Shown in pieces: positions 1-9,429 of a DNA stretch of 64,000 nucleotides. The notes beneath the pieces were generated by a model. It ran no database searches and was not told the origin of the DNA. It worked only from the letters and a program-made list of their open reading frames with translations. The DNA is from Porphyrobacter sp. (GTDB taxonomy: Bacteria > Pseudomonadota > Alphaproteobacteria > Sphingomonadales > Sphingomonadaceae), in NCBI GenBank assembly GCA_027533455.1, contig JAPZUC010000005.1, positions 30,175-94,174 of the forward strand. The letters are read 5' to 3'. Position 1 is the stretch's first letter; each line of letters starts with the position of its first letter. A program made the translations under genes and the position numbers.

Positions 1-2778
1 GTGGGGATGGTCGCGGCCTCGGCGCCGATCGGCCACACCCGGCTGATCGGCTTCGACATGGGCGGCACCAGCACCGATGTCGCGCATTACGCGGGCGAGA
101 TCGAGCTGACGGGCGATAGCGTGGTGGCAGGCGTGCGGGTCGCGGCGCCGATGATGCAGATCCACACGGTGGCGGCAGGCGGCGGCTCGATTTGCCGGTT
201 TGACGGGTCGCGCTTCCGCGTCGGGCCGGAAAGCGCCGGAGCGGACCCCGGCCCAGCCTGTTACCGCAAAGGCGGGCCGCTGACGGTGACCGACTGCAAC
301 CTGTTTCTCGGGCGGATCGACCCCGCGTTCTTCCCCGCCGTGTTCGGCCCTGACGGCAACCTGCCGCTTGATGCGGAGGCCGCCCGCGCGCGGCTGGAGG
401 AGGTTGCTGCGGCGCTCCCGGAACCCCGCTCGCTCGAAGAGATCGCCGAGGGCTTCCTCGCGATCGCCGTCGACAGCATGGCGGCGGCGATCCGCAAGAT
501 CTCGGTCGCGCGCGGGCATGATGTGACGACCTATGCGCTGGCCTGTTTCGGCGGGGCGGGCGGCCAGCACGCCTGCCGCGTTGCCGATGCGCTGGGGATG
601 GAGACTGTGCTGGTGCATCCGCTGGCCGGGATGCTTTCGGCCTATGGCATCGGGCTTGCTCCCGTGAAGGCGATCCGGGAGGTCAGCTTGATGCGGCCCT
701 TGACCGAAAGCTTCGCCGCGGAACTCGCCGCGCTGGAACAGCAGGCGCGCGGCGACCTGCTGGCGCAGGGCATTGTTGCGGAAGCAATCCGTCTCGCACC
801 TTCGGCCCGGTTGCGCTTTGCCGGAAGCGACAGCGTGCTGACGGTCCCCTGCGGCGAGCGGCAAGCGATGGATTCCGCCTTCCGCGCCCTCCATCGCCAG
901 CGCTTCGGCTATTCCGATGCGGAAGGCGCGATCATTGTCGAGGCGCTGAGCGTTGAGGCGCAGGGGCAGGCAGGCGGGATTGCGGTGACGGTCGGCCTCC
1001 CTGAAACCACGGCGGAGGTGGCCGGGCTGATGCCAGGCAGTTGGTCGGTGATGGCGCGCAAGGCGCTGCTGGAGGGTGAGTCGGTTGCCGGGCCGCATCT
1101 GATCATCGACCCCGGCTCGACCACCGTGGTCGAGGAAGGCTGGCAGGCGCGGCTGGCACACGAAGGGAGCCTGATCCTCACCCGCGCCGTGCCCCTCTCC
1201 CGCGAGCGCGCAGCCGGAACCGCCGCCGATCCGGTTCGGCTCGAAATCTTCAACAACCTCTTCATGGCCGTGGCCGAGGAAATGGGCGTGGTGCTGCAAT
1301 CCACGGCGACCTCGGTGAACATCAAGGAGCGGCTCGATTTCTCCTGCGCGCTGTTCGACGCGGGCGGCGCGCTGATCGCCAATGCGCCGCATATTCCGGT
1401 GCATCTCGGCAGCATGGGCGACAGCATTGCGCGGGTGATCGAGGCAAGGGGTGCTGCGCGCGACGGGCGCGGATTCCGCAGGGGGGACGCCTATGTGCTC
1501 AACGATCCTTATCGCGGCGGCACGCACCTGCCCGACATCACGGTGATCGTGCCGGTGTTCTACTCCGATGAAGGGGATGAGCCTGACGCCTTTGTCGCCG
1601 CGCGCGGGCATCATGCCGATATTGGCGGGATCGCGCCCGGTTCCATGCCCCCCGAAAGCCGCACCATCGCCGAAGAGGGCGTGCTGATCGACAATGCTCT
1701 GCTGGTAGGAGAGGGCACCTTCCGCGAGGCCGAGCTGCGCGCCGTGCTGGCAGCGGCGGAGTACCCCGCCCGAAACCCCGACCGCAACCTCTCCGATCTG
1801 CGCGCGCAGCTGGCGGCCAGCACCCGCGGGGCGGAGCTGCTGGCGGGCGCGGCGCGCGAGCACGGGGCCGAGGTGCTCGCCGCCTACATGGACCACGTTC
1901 TCGCCAATGCCGAGGAAAGCGTGCGGCGCTTGATGGGCGGGCTGGAGGACGGCCGCTTCGCCTATCCGATGGACAACGGGGCAGAGGTCCAGGTCTCCAT
2001 CTCAATCGATCGCGAGGCCCGCTCGGCCGTGTTCGACTTCACCGGGACGGGCAGTCAGCTTCCCGATAATTTCAACGCCCCCCGCTCGATCACACGCGCC
2101 GCTGCGCTCTATGTCCTGCGCACGCTGATCGACGATGCGATCCCGATGAACGACGGCTGCCTGCGGCCGGTGACGCTGATCGTGCCGGAGGGCTCGATGC
2201 TGAACCCGCGTCCCGGCGCGGCGGTGGTGGCGGGGAATGTCGAGACCAGTCAGGTGGTCACCGACGCGCTGTTCGCGGCCACGGGCCGCCTCGCGCCGTC
2301 GCAAGGGACAATGAACAACTTCACCTTCGGCAACGAAGCCCACCAGTATTACGAGACGATTTGCGGCGGTTCCGGCGCGGGGCCCGACCACAATGGCACG
2401 AGCGCGGTGCAGACCCACATGACCAACAGCCGCCTGACCGATCCCGAAATCCTCGAAACCCGTCTGCCGGTGCGGCTCGATGAATTTGCCATCAGGCGCG
2501 GATCGGGCGGGGCTGGGCGGCATCGCGGCGGCGACGGGGTGGTGCGGCGTGTGACCTTCCTTGAGCCGATGCGCGCCAACATGCTGGCGAACCGACGCCG
2601 GATTGCGCCACGCGGGCTCGCCGGTGGGGGCGATGCGCTTCCCGGCAAGAACTGGGTTGAGCGGACCGACGGCACCATCGAGGAACTGGGCGCGACTGGC
2701 TCTGCCGAAATGCAGCCCGGGGACAGTTTCGTGATCCTGACGCCCGGGGGCGGCGGGTTCGGGGAGAAGGACGCATGA
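1..2778 (+). CDS. Hydantoinase/5-oxoprolinase family protein, fused A+B (ATP-hydrolysing 5-oxoprolinase type); 5' end outside window
   Basis: FDMGGTSTDV and IHTVAAGGGS (hydantoinase A) followed by VNIKERLDFSCA, APHIPVHLG, YETICGGSG and TPGGGG (hydantoinase B) in one ORF open at base 1. Confidence 0.9.
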   Translation: MGMVAASAPIGHTRLIGFDMGGTSTDVAHYAGEIELTGDSVVAGVRVAAPMMQIHTVAAGGGSICRFDGSRFRVGPESAGADPGPACYRKGGPLTVTDCNLFLGRIDPAFFPAVFGPDGNLPLDAEAARARLEEVAAALPEPRSLEEIAEGFLAIAVDSMAAAIRKISVARGHDVTTYALACFGGAGGQHACRVADALGMETVLVHPLAGMLSAYGIGLAPVKAIREVSLMRPLTESFAAELAALEQQARGDLLAQGIVAEAIRLAPSARLRFAGSDSVLTVPCGERQAMDSAFRALHRQRFGYSDAEGAIIVEALSVEAQGQAGGIAVTVGLPETTAEVAGLMPGSWSVMARKALLEGESVAGPHLIIDPGSTTVVEEGWQARLAHEGSLILTRAVPLSRERAAGTAADPVRLEIFNNLFMAVAEEMGVVLQSTATSVNIKERLDFSCALFDAGGALIANAPHIPVHLGSMGDSIARVIEARGAARDGRGFRRGDAYVLNDPYRGGTHLPDITVIVPVFYSDEGDEPDAFVAARGHHADIGGIAPGSMPPESRTIAEEGVLIDNALLVGEGTFREAELRAVLAAAEYPARNPDRNLSDLRAQLAASTRGAELLAGAAREHGAEVLAAYMDHVLANAEESVRRLMGGLEDGRFAYPMDNGAEVQVSISIDREARSAVFDFTGTGSQLPDNFNAPRSITRAAALYVLRTLIDDAIPMNDGCLRPVTLIVPEGSMLNPRPGAAVVAGNVETSQVVTDALFAATGRLAPSQGTMNNFTFGNEAHQYYETICGGSGAGPDHNGTSAVQTHMTNSRLTDPEILETRLPVRLDEFAIRRGSGGAGRHRGGDGVVRRVTFLEPMRANMLANRRRIAPRGLAGGGDALPGKNWVERTDGTIEELGATGSAEMQPGDSFVILTPGGGGFGEKDA

Positions 2779-3446
2779 ATTATTGGCCGCTGGCGGGGAT
2801 CGCCATCGTCGTTCTCGGCTTTGCCCTGCGCTTCAATCCGCTGCTGGTGGTGGTCAGCGCCGCGCTCGCGACTGGCGTGCTGGCGGGGCTGGACCTGCTT
2901 GCCGTGATCGAGGCGCTGGGCAAGGCCTTCAACGACAACCGCTATATCTCGGTGACATGGATCATCCTGCCGGTGATCGGGTTGCTCGAGCGATACGGCC
3001 TCCAGCAGCGCGCCCGCGCCGTGATCGAGGGGATGCGCGGGGCGACGATGGGCAAGCTGCTGGTCGCCTATCTCGCCTTCCGCCAGATCGCCTCGGCATT
3101 GGGGATGAAGGATATCGGCGGCCACCCGCAAGCCGTGCGCCCGCTGGTCGCGCCGATGGCGGAAGCCGCTGCGATGAAGACCCACGGCGACCTTGACGAA
3201 GCCGCGCGCGACGAGGTCAAGGCGATGGCTGCGGCGACCGACAATGTCGGGCTGTTCTTTGGCGAGGATATCTTCTTCGCCATCGCCTCGATCCTGCTGA
3301 TCCAGGGCGTGTTCGAGGCGGCTGGCTATCCGCTCACGCCCTTGGAACTCTCGGTCTGGGCGATCCCGACCGCGATCTGTGCGTTCCTGATCCACGCAGG
3401 GAGGATCCTCGCCTTCGACCGGCGGCTGGGGAGGGCGGGGAAGTGA
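2775..3446 (+). CDS. DUF969 membrane protein, predicted 5-oxoproline transporter subunit
   Basis: Hydrophobic 223 aa with GLLERYGL, GGHPQAVRPL and DNVGLFFGEDIF; 4-bp overlap with oxoprolinase. Confidence 0.85.
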   Translation: MNYWPLAGIAIVVLGFALRFNPLLVVVSAALATGVLAGLDLLAVIEALGKAFNDNRYISVTWIILPVIGLLERYGLQQRARAVIEGMRGATMGKLLVAYLAFRQIASALGMKDIGGHPQAVRPLVAPMAEAAAMKTHGDLDEAARDEVKAMAAATDNVGLFFGEDIFFAIASILLIQGVFEAAGYPLTPLELSVWAIPTAICAFLIHAGRILAFDRRLGRAGK

Positions 3447-4393
3447 TCACCTATGAATGGCTCTATGTGCTCGCCGGGGCGGCCTTTGCGGTCTGGGCGG
3501 CGCTGTCCGCGAAGGACGGGCGCTGGGGCAATGCCGCCTTGTGGGCGCTGCTGTCCGCCAGTTTTCTGCTTGGCAGCCACTTGTCCGATATGGCCAACGG
3601 CGTGCTGGTGCTGGCGCTGGTGGCGATTGCGGGGCTGGGCGGCTTGAAGCGCAGCGATCCGCTGACCACCTCGCCGCAGGAACGGCAGGCCCACGCCGAA
3701 AGCCTCGGCAACCGGCTGTTCCTGCCCGCGCTGGTCGTGCCGTTGACGGCGGTCGCGGGGACGCTGCTCTACAACTACACGCCTTTCGGCGAGACCGGGC
3801 TCTTCGAGGCGCGGCGCGAGACGCTGATCCTATTCGGCATCGGGGTACTGGCGGCACTGGCGGGAGCGATGCTCTGGCTGCGTCCGCCGCTGTTAGCTCC
3901 TGCCGAGGAAGGGCGGCGGCTGATCGATTCCATCGGCTGGGCGGCAATCCTGCCGCAGATGCTCGCCGCACTGGGCGCGGTGTTTGCGCTTGCGGGCGTG
4001 GGTGAGATCATCGGCGGCATCGCGGGCGGGATCATCCCCGAAGGCAGCGTGTTCCTGACCGTGGTCGTCTTCGCCCTCGGCATGGCGGGTTTCACGATGA
4101 TCATGGGCAATGCCTTTGCCGCCTTCCCGGTGGTGGCCGCTGCCATCGGCATTCCGCTGCTGATCGAGACCTATGACGGCAATCCGGCGGTGATCGGCGC
4201 GGTCGGGATGCTCGCAGGCTTCTGCGGTACGCTGCTCACGCCGATGGCGGCGAATTTCAACATCGTGCCGGCTGCGCTGCTCGAACTGAAAGACCAGAAC
4301 GCGGTGATCCGCCAGCAGGTGGGCACGGCGGTGCCGCTGCTGGTGTGCAATATCGTGATCATCTATGTGGGGGCGTTCTGGCTGTGGAACTGA
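3443..4393 (+). CDS. DUF979 membrane protein, predicted 5-oxoproline transporter subunit
   Basis: Polytopic 316 aa with LPQMLAALG, MGNAFAAFPV and CGTLLTPMAANFNIVP; coupled to DUF969. Confidence 0.85.
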   Translation: MITYEWLYVLAGAAFAVWAALSAKDGRWGNAALWALLSASFLLGSHLSDMANGVLVLALVAIAGLGGLKRSDPLTTSPQERQAHAESLGNRLFLPALVVPLTAVAGTLLYNYTPFGETGLFEARRETLILFGIGVLAALAGAMLWLRPPLLAPAEEGRRLIDSIGWAAILPQMLAALGAVFALAGVGEIIGGIAGGIIPEGSVFLTVVVFALGMAGFTMIMGNAFAAFPVVAAAIGIPLLIETYDGNPAVIGAVGMLAGFCGTLLTPMAANFNIVPAALLELKDQNAVIRQQVGTAVPLLVCNIVIIYVGAFWLWN

Positions 4394-5373
4394 CCGAGGA
4401 CACTGCCCGCAAGTTTGCCCGCGTGGCACTGGGCCATGTGGCGCGGGCCTATCCCTACAAGGACGACCACGTGTTCAGCGGGCCGGAAGACCTGCGGCTG
4501 CCGCAAGACGCGCATCCGGTGTTCTTCGGCAGCTTCGACTGGCACTCCTGCGTGCATGGCTGGTGGACGCTGCTGACCCTGCGGCGGCTCTACCCTGCCA
4601 TGCCCGAGGCCGCGCAGATCGAGGATTTGGCCAAGGCAACCTTCACGCCGGAAAAACTGGCGGCGGAGCTGGCATACCTCGACCGCCCCTCCGCGCGCGG
4701 GTTCGAGCGGCCCTACGGCTGGGGCTGGCTGATGTATCTGCACCACGAGGCCGAGCGGCATGGAGACAAGGCGTGGGGCGAACGGCTCGAACCGCTGGCC
4801 GGCGCCTTTGCCATACGCTTGCGCGATTACCTCCACATCCTCACCTATCCGATCACCGTCGGCACCCATTTCAACACCACCTTCGCGCTTGTGCTGGCGC
4901 GGCGCTGGGCGGTCAGCCGTGATCCGGATCTGGTGATCCTCATCGATGACTGGGCGACACGCGCCTTCTGCCACCGCCGCGATTACGCCGGGTGGGAGCC
5001 GGGGGGCGACGAGTTCCTGTCCCCCGTTCTCACCGCCGCGCTGCTGATGGCCGAGGCCTTGCCGCACCTTGCCTTCGCACCTTGGTTCGAGGCGCTGGTG
5101 ATCGAGAACGGCTGGCTGCAACGCGAATGCCGCCCGGTCACTGTCTCCGACCGCAGCGACGGCAAGATCGCCCACCTCGATGGGCTGAACCTCAGCCGCG
5201 CATGGTGCCTTGCCGCCATCGCCCGCGCGCTGGGCCGGACAGCGCCGGACGACATCTTGCAGCGCCTCGCGGAGGAACACCTCGCCGCCGCGCTGCCCCA
5301 TGTCGAGGGCGACTACATGGGCGAACACTGGCTGGCGAGTTTCGCGCTGCTGGCCCTGCTGCCCGAGGGTTGA
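4384..5373 (+). CDS. DUF2891 family protein
   Basis: HPVFFGSFDWHSCVHGWW, FERPYGWGW, HLDGLNLSRAW and YMGEHWLASFA; start moved to the in-frame GTG at 4384 overlapping the DUF979 3' end. Confidence 0.85.
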   Translation: MELTEDTARKFARVALGHVARAYPYKDDHVFSGPEDLRLPQDAHPVFFGSFDWHSCVHGWWTLLTLRRLYPAMPEAAQIEDLAKATFTPEKLAAELAYLDRPSARGFERPYGWGWLMYLHHEAERHGDKAWGERLEPLAGAFAIRLRDYLHILTYPITVGTHFNTTFALVLARRWAVSRDPDLVILIDDWATRAFCHRRDYAGWEPGGDEFLSPVLTAALLMAEALPHLAFAPWFEALVIENGWLQRECRPVTVSDRSDGKIAHLDGLNLSRAWCLAAIARALGRTAPDDILQRLAEEHLAAALPHVEGDYMGEHWLASFALLALLPEG

Positions 5374-5497
5374 GCAGCGCTGACCCTTCGACCGTAGGGT
5401 AACGTCTTGACGAGCGCGGCAAGTTGACCGCGTGCCGGTGTCTGTTAGCCTCACGCGCAACAAACACCCACAAACGGGTGACAACGGGGAGAGAACC

Positions 5498-6991
5498 TTG
5501 CGCCAATTGCAGGGAATGGATGCATCCTTCGTCGCACTGGAAACGCGCAACTCGCCGATGCACATCGGCTCGATCCTGATCTACAATCCGGAAACCGCGC
5601 CCGGCAGCTTCGTGCGCTTCAAGGATATCCTGCAATTCATCGGTGAGCGCGCGCAATTGAGCCGCACGATGCGCCAGCGGTTGGTGCGGGTGCCGTTCGA
5701 TCTCGATTACCCTTACTGGGTAGAGGATCCGGACTTCGATCTCGAATATCACGTACGCCACGTCGCCCTGCCGCAGCCGGGTGACTGGCGGCAGTTGTGC
5801 ATTCAGGCCGCGCGCATCTTCGCCCGGCCGCTCGATCTCGACCGCCCGCCTTGGGAATTCACCGTCGTCGAGGGACTCGACAATGTCCCCGGGGTTGCCA
5901 AGGGCAGTTTCGCTATGGTCACCAAGGTGCACCATTCGGCCATCGACGGGATGAGCGGGATTGACCTGATGGAGGCGCTGCACACCCTGCACCCGAACGA
6001 TCCTCCGCCCTCAACGCCCGATAACTGGAAGCCGGGGCGGATTCCCAATCCCATCAAACTGCTGGGCAAAAGCTACTTCAACGCGGTTACCAATCCGCTC
6101 AAGCAGCTGGAAGTGGCCGCTAAGGCCGCGCCGGGCCTTGCCAAGGCGATCAAGGGCCTGGTGGTGAAGGACTTCACTGTCAGCGCGGATATGCTGGCGC
6201 CCAAATCGCGCTTCAACCGCACGATCTCGCCGCACCGCGTGGTTGAAGGGCGCAGCTTCAAGCTGGCTGACATCAAGGCAATCCGCGCGCTTGCGGACGG
6301 TGCGAAGGTCAATGACGTGTTCCTCGCCATCATCGGCGGGGCCATGCGCAAATATCTGCTGGCGAAGAACGATCTGCCGAAGAAAACCCTGACCGCAATG
6401 GCGCCGATCTCGGTCCGCTCCAGCGGCGAGAAGGGCGACATGGGCAACCAGGTCGCCGCGATGATCGCGCCATTGGGCACCCATATCGAAGATTCGGCCG
6501 AACGCCTCGCCTTCGTATTCTCGCAGACCGCCAACTCCAAGGCCATGTCCGATGCCATCGGCGCGCGTAATATGACCGAGATGAGCAAGGTCTCGCCCGC
6601 CCTGTTCATGGCGCTGGGCGCACAGCTTTACACCCGGCTCGGCCTTGCCAATCGCGGGGTCGCGCCGCCGTTCACCACGGTGGTGACCAACGTCCCCGGC
6701 CCGCCGGTGCCGATCCACTTTGCTGGGGCGCGGCTGGAAAGCATGATGGGGCTGCTGTGCCTGACCGACGGTCTCGGCCTCGGCCATGTGGTGCAAAGCT
6801 ATACTGACGAGGCGACCATCGCCTTCACCGCCGACCGCGAACTGCTGCCCGATCCCGATTTCTACGTAAAATGCATCGAGGATAGTTTCGCGGAAATGCT
6901 GGCTGCTACGCAGACAGCCTCGGCCCCCAAGCAGGACAAGCCCGCCGCCCCCAAGCGCAAGCGCGCGCCGGCGAAAGCCAAGCGGGCATGA
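5498..6991 (+). CDS. Wax ester synthase/diacylglycerol acyltransferase (WS/DGAT)
   Basis: Catalytic HHSAIDG, plus PLDLDRPPWE and VTNVPGP; TTG start chosen after GGGGAGAG RBS. Confidence 0.9.
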   Translation: MRQLQGMDASFVALETRNSPMHIGSILIYNPETAPGSFVRFKDILQFIGERAQLSRTMRQRLVRVPFDLDYPYWVEDPDFDLEYHVRHVALPQPGDWRQLCIQAARIFARPLDLDRPPWEFTVVEGLDNVPGVAKGSFAMVTKVHHSAIDGMSGIDLMEALHTLHPNDPPPSTPDNWKPGRIPNPIKLLGKSYFNAVTNPLKQLEVAAKAAPGLAKAIKGLVVKDFTVSADMLAPKSRFNRTISPHRVVEGRSFKLADIKAIRALADGAKVNDVFLAIIGGAMRKYLLAKNDLPKKTLTAMAPISVRSSGEKGDMGNQVAAMIAPLGTHIEDSAERLAFVFSQTANSKAMSDAIGARNMTEMSKVSPALFMALGAQLYTRLGLANRGVAPPFTTVVTNVPGPPVPIHFAGARLESMMGLLCLTDGLGLGHVVQSYTDEATIAFTADRELLPDPDFYVKCIEDSFAEMLAATQTASAPKQDKPAAPKRKRAPAKAKRA

Positions 6992-7824
6992 CCGCCCGCA
7001 AGACCCGATCAACGAAGGACGATAGCATGGCAACAATGGCAGCGGTGGAAGCCGAATTCGATCAGGCGGCCCGACCGCCACACCGGTTCTGGACGTTCGC
7101 CGAAGGGCGCGCCTTCTTCGAGCTCGGGGCGTTCTACATGAGCCGCCCGTTCCTTTCGACCCTGCCTAAGGGTGACAGCCACGCAGTGCAGGTTCTCCCC
7201 GGCTTCATGGCCACCAACACATCGACCAGCCCGATGCGCCGCCTGCTGCGTGATCTGGGCTATGACGCCCACGGCTGGGACAGCGGGCGCAATGTGCGGG
7301 TCGACAATGCGCTGATCTCGCGGCTGGAAACGCAGCTGCAGCGTCTTAACGACGATACGGGTCGCAAGGTCTCGCTGGTGGGGTGGAGCCTCGGCGGAGT
7401 GCTTGCGCGTGAACTCGCCAAGCTTCACCCGGAGCGTGTGCGGCTGGTGATCAGCCTCGGCAGCCCGATCTCGGATGATCGCAACCATACCAGCGCTGCG
7501 CGACTGTTCGAACTCCTGAACGGCAAGGAGCCCGAGGCGATGAAGGGCGGACGCTTCCGCGGTCTCGACAAGGCCCCGCCGGTGCCGACCACCTCGATTC
7601 TCACCAAGACCGATGGCATCGTCCACTGGCGCGGCTCGGTGCAGAAACCGCAGGCGACCCCGACAGAGAATATCGAGGTCTATGCCAGCCATTGCGGGCT
7701 TGGCGTGAACCCCAGCGTCATGATGGCGATTGCCGACCGGCTGGCGCAAGGCGAAGGGCAGTGGCAGCCGTTCGAGCCGTCACTGGCGACCCAGTGGATG
7801 TTCCCCAGAACCAGCCTCGACTGA
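6988..7824 (+). CDS. Alpha/beta hydrolase (lipase/esterase-like)
   Basis: VLPGF oxyanion motif, GWSLGG nucleophile elbow, DGIV and SHCG; 4-bp overlap with WS/DGAT. Confidence 0.8.
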   Translation: MTARKTRSTKDDSMATMAAVEAEFDQAARPPHRFWTFAEGRAFFELGAFYMSRPFLSTLPKGDSHAVQVLPGFMATNTSTSPMRRLLRDLGYDAHGWDSGRNVRVDNALISRLETQLQRLNDDTGRKVSLVGWSLGGVLARELAKLHPERVRLVISLGSPISDDRNHTSAARLFELLNGKEPEAMKGGRFRGLDKAPPVPTTSILTKTDGIVHWRGSVQKPQATPTENIEVYASHCGLGVNPSVMMAIADRLAQGEGQWQPFEPSLATQWMFPRTSLD

Positions 7825-7829
7825 CAGCT

Positions 7830-8567
7830 TCAGCGGGCCGCGCTCGCCGCGGCGTAGCGCACCGAGACCTTGGCCCAGTCAACCACCTGCCACCATCCGT
7901 CGAGGTAATCGGCGCGGCGGTTCTGGTATTTGAGGTAATAGGCGTGTTCCCACACGTCATTGCCCAGCACCGGCGTGCCCTTTGCCTCGGCCACGTCCAT
8001 CAGCGGGTTGTCCTGATTGGAAGTGGAGGTGATGGCAAGCTTGCCGTCCGCGCCCACGATTAGCCACACCCAGCCTGACCCGAACCGGGCAGTACCGGCG
8101 GCCTTGAAGGCGGCCTTGAACTTGTCCATCGATCCGAACTGCGCATCGATCGCGGCGGCCAGCCTTGGCGAGATCGCGCTGACCTTAGCGACAGGAGCCA
8201 TCGTCTCCCAGAAGAAGGTGTGGTTCCAGTGGCCGCCGGCATTGTTGCGCACGGCAGGCGCCAGCGTGCCCGCCTTGGCGACCAGCGCATCGAGGCTCTG
8301 CCCCGCCAATGCAGGATCGGCGGCTACGGCCTTGTTCAGGTTGTCGACATAGGCCTGGTGGTGCTTGGAGTGGTGGATCGTCATCGTCTGCGTGTCGATC
8401 ACCGGCTCCAGCGCGTCATAGCCATAGGGCAGCGGGGCAAGGCTGAAGGCGGCGGGCGCGGGGGCAGCCGCCGGGGCCGGAGCAGCAGCGGTCTGCGCCT
8501 GCGCAGGCGAAAGCGCGAGGGCGGCGGCGCTTGCAAGGAAGAGGGTGAGAGCAAGGGGGCGGGTCAT
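7830..8567 (-). CDS. sodA: Fe/Mn superoxide dismutase, Mn-type signature, with signal peptide
   Basis: HHSKHH, NNAGGHWNH and DVWEHAYY ligands; GG and NQD are Mn-type residues; hydrophobic leader ending AQA plus Ala/Pro linker. Confidence 0.9.
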   Translation of the reverse strand: MTRPLALTLFLASAAALALSPAQAQTAAAPAPAAAPAPAAFSLAPLPYGYDALEPVIDTQTMTIHHSKHHQAYVDNLNKAVAADPALAGQSLDALVAKAGTLAPAVRNNAGGHWNHTFFWETMAPVAKVSAISPRLAAAIDAQFGSMDKFKAAFKAAGTARFGSGWVWLIVGADGKLAITSTSNQDNPLMDVAEAKGTPVLGNDVWEHAYYLKYQNRRADYLDGWWQVVDWAKVSVRYAAASAAR

Positions 8568-8787
8568 CGGGTTCTCCAGAGGCGGCGCCTAGGGCGCTTT
8601 CGGGGCGGAATATCTGCCAAGTTGCCGTCAGCCAATACAGCCCTGCACAAAGCTCGTGCGCAAATTCGACAGACTGGGCTACCTGCGGGGCAGATTACTG
8701 TGCGATCACGCATGGTTCCCGTTAGGGTCGCATTCATTCTAGGGGCGCTCAAGCACGCCTTACGCCCCACCCGTTGAGCCCCAAACG

Positions 8788-9118
8788 ATGCCCTTCATCG
8801 CCCCGGCAACATCGCTGGAAGAGGCCTTTCTTGGCAATCGCGAGCGGCTGCAGCGTTTCCTGCGCGCGCGCGGAGCGGGGGAGGGGGCCGAAGACCTTCT
8901 GCAGGACCTGTGGCTGCGCTTTGCCGCCGCGCCCGATCCAGCAGCGGCCTGCGGGCTGGCCTACATGATGCGCGCCGCAGACCGCCTGATGATCGCCGCT
9001 ATCGCTCGGCCCGGCAGGCGAGCCACCGCGATATCGCATGGGCCGGCACCCAGTCGGGCCTTGCCGACAACATCGCCCCCGCCCAGACCCCCGTCAGCGC
9101 GGTGCTTCATGTGAAACA
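8788..9118 (+). pseudogene. ECF sigma factor remnant (frameshifted, sigma4 missing)
   Basis: Region-2 motif AEDLLQDLWLR; adding one base near 8995 restores MIDRYRSARQASHRD; no region-4 helix-turn-helix follows. Confidence 0.6.
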
Positions 9119-9429
9119 TCGCTCTGGATGGCGACCATGTAGTCGACCACCTGAGCCGCCGCAGCATCATCGACCGGAGCCTTGTATAGCTTGCGCATCT
9201 TGCCGATGATCGACTCCCACTTCTCGCGGCTGACCTTGGGCTGCTGGAGCATGGTCGAAGGCGAATGGCAGGCGGTGCAGTTTTCCAGCACCACATCGCG
9301 GCCCGGGCCATCGGGAAGCTCATTGGGATCATCGGGTGGGGTGATGCTGGCGTCCTGAAAGTTCACCGTCGGCGCGCGGTCGCAGGCGGCGATCAGCAGG
9401 GTGAGCGGGAGGAGCAGGGCGGCTCTCAT
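9094..9429 (-). CDS. Monoheme c-type cytochrome lipoprotein (SorB/SorU-like acceptor)
   Basis: Start moved to MRAALLLPLTLLIAAC (lipobox); CTACH and distal KM; 4-bp overlap with the molybdoenzyme gene. Confidence 0.8.
   Translation of the reverse strand: MRAALLLPLTLLIAACDRAPTVNFQDASITPPDDPNELPDGPGRDVVLENCTACHSPSTMLQQPKVSREKWESIIGKMRKLYKAPVDDAAAAQVVDYMVAIQSDVSHEAPR
9103..9118. other. parS-like palindrome TGCTTCATGTGAAACA
   Basis: 14/16 match to the parS consensus TGTTTCACGTGAAACA; lies in the last codons of the cytochrome c gene. Confidence 0.45.

Noticed and set aside
8568-8787. Possible Mn riboswitch or sRNA upstream of sodA
   Set aside because: No yybP-ykoY core or convincing structure seen; needs an Rfam scan
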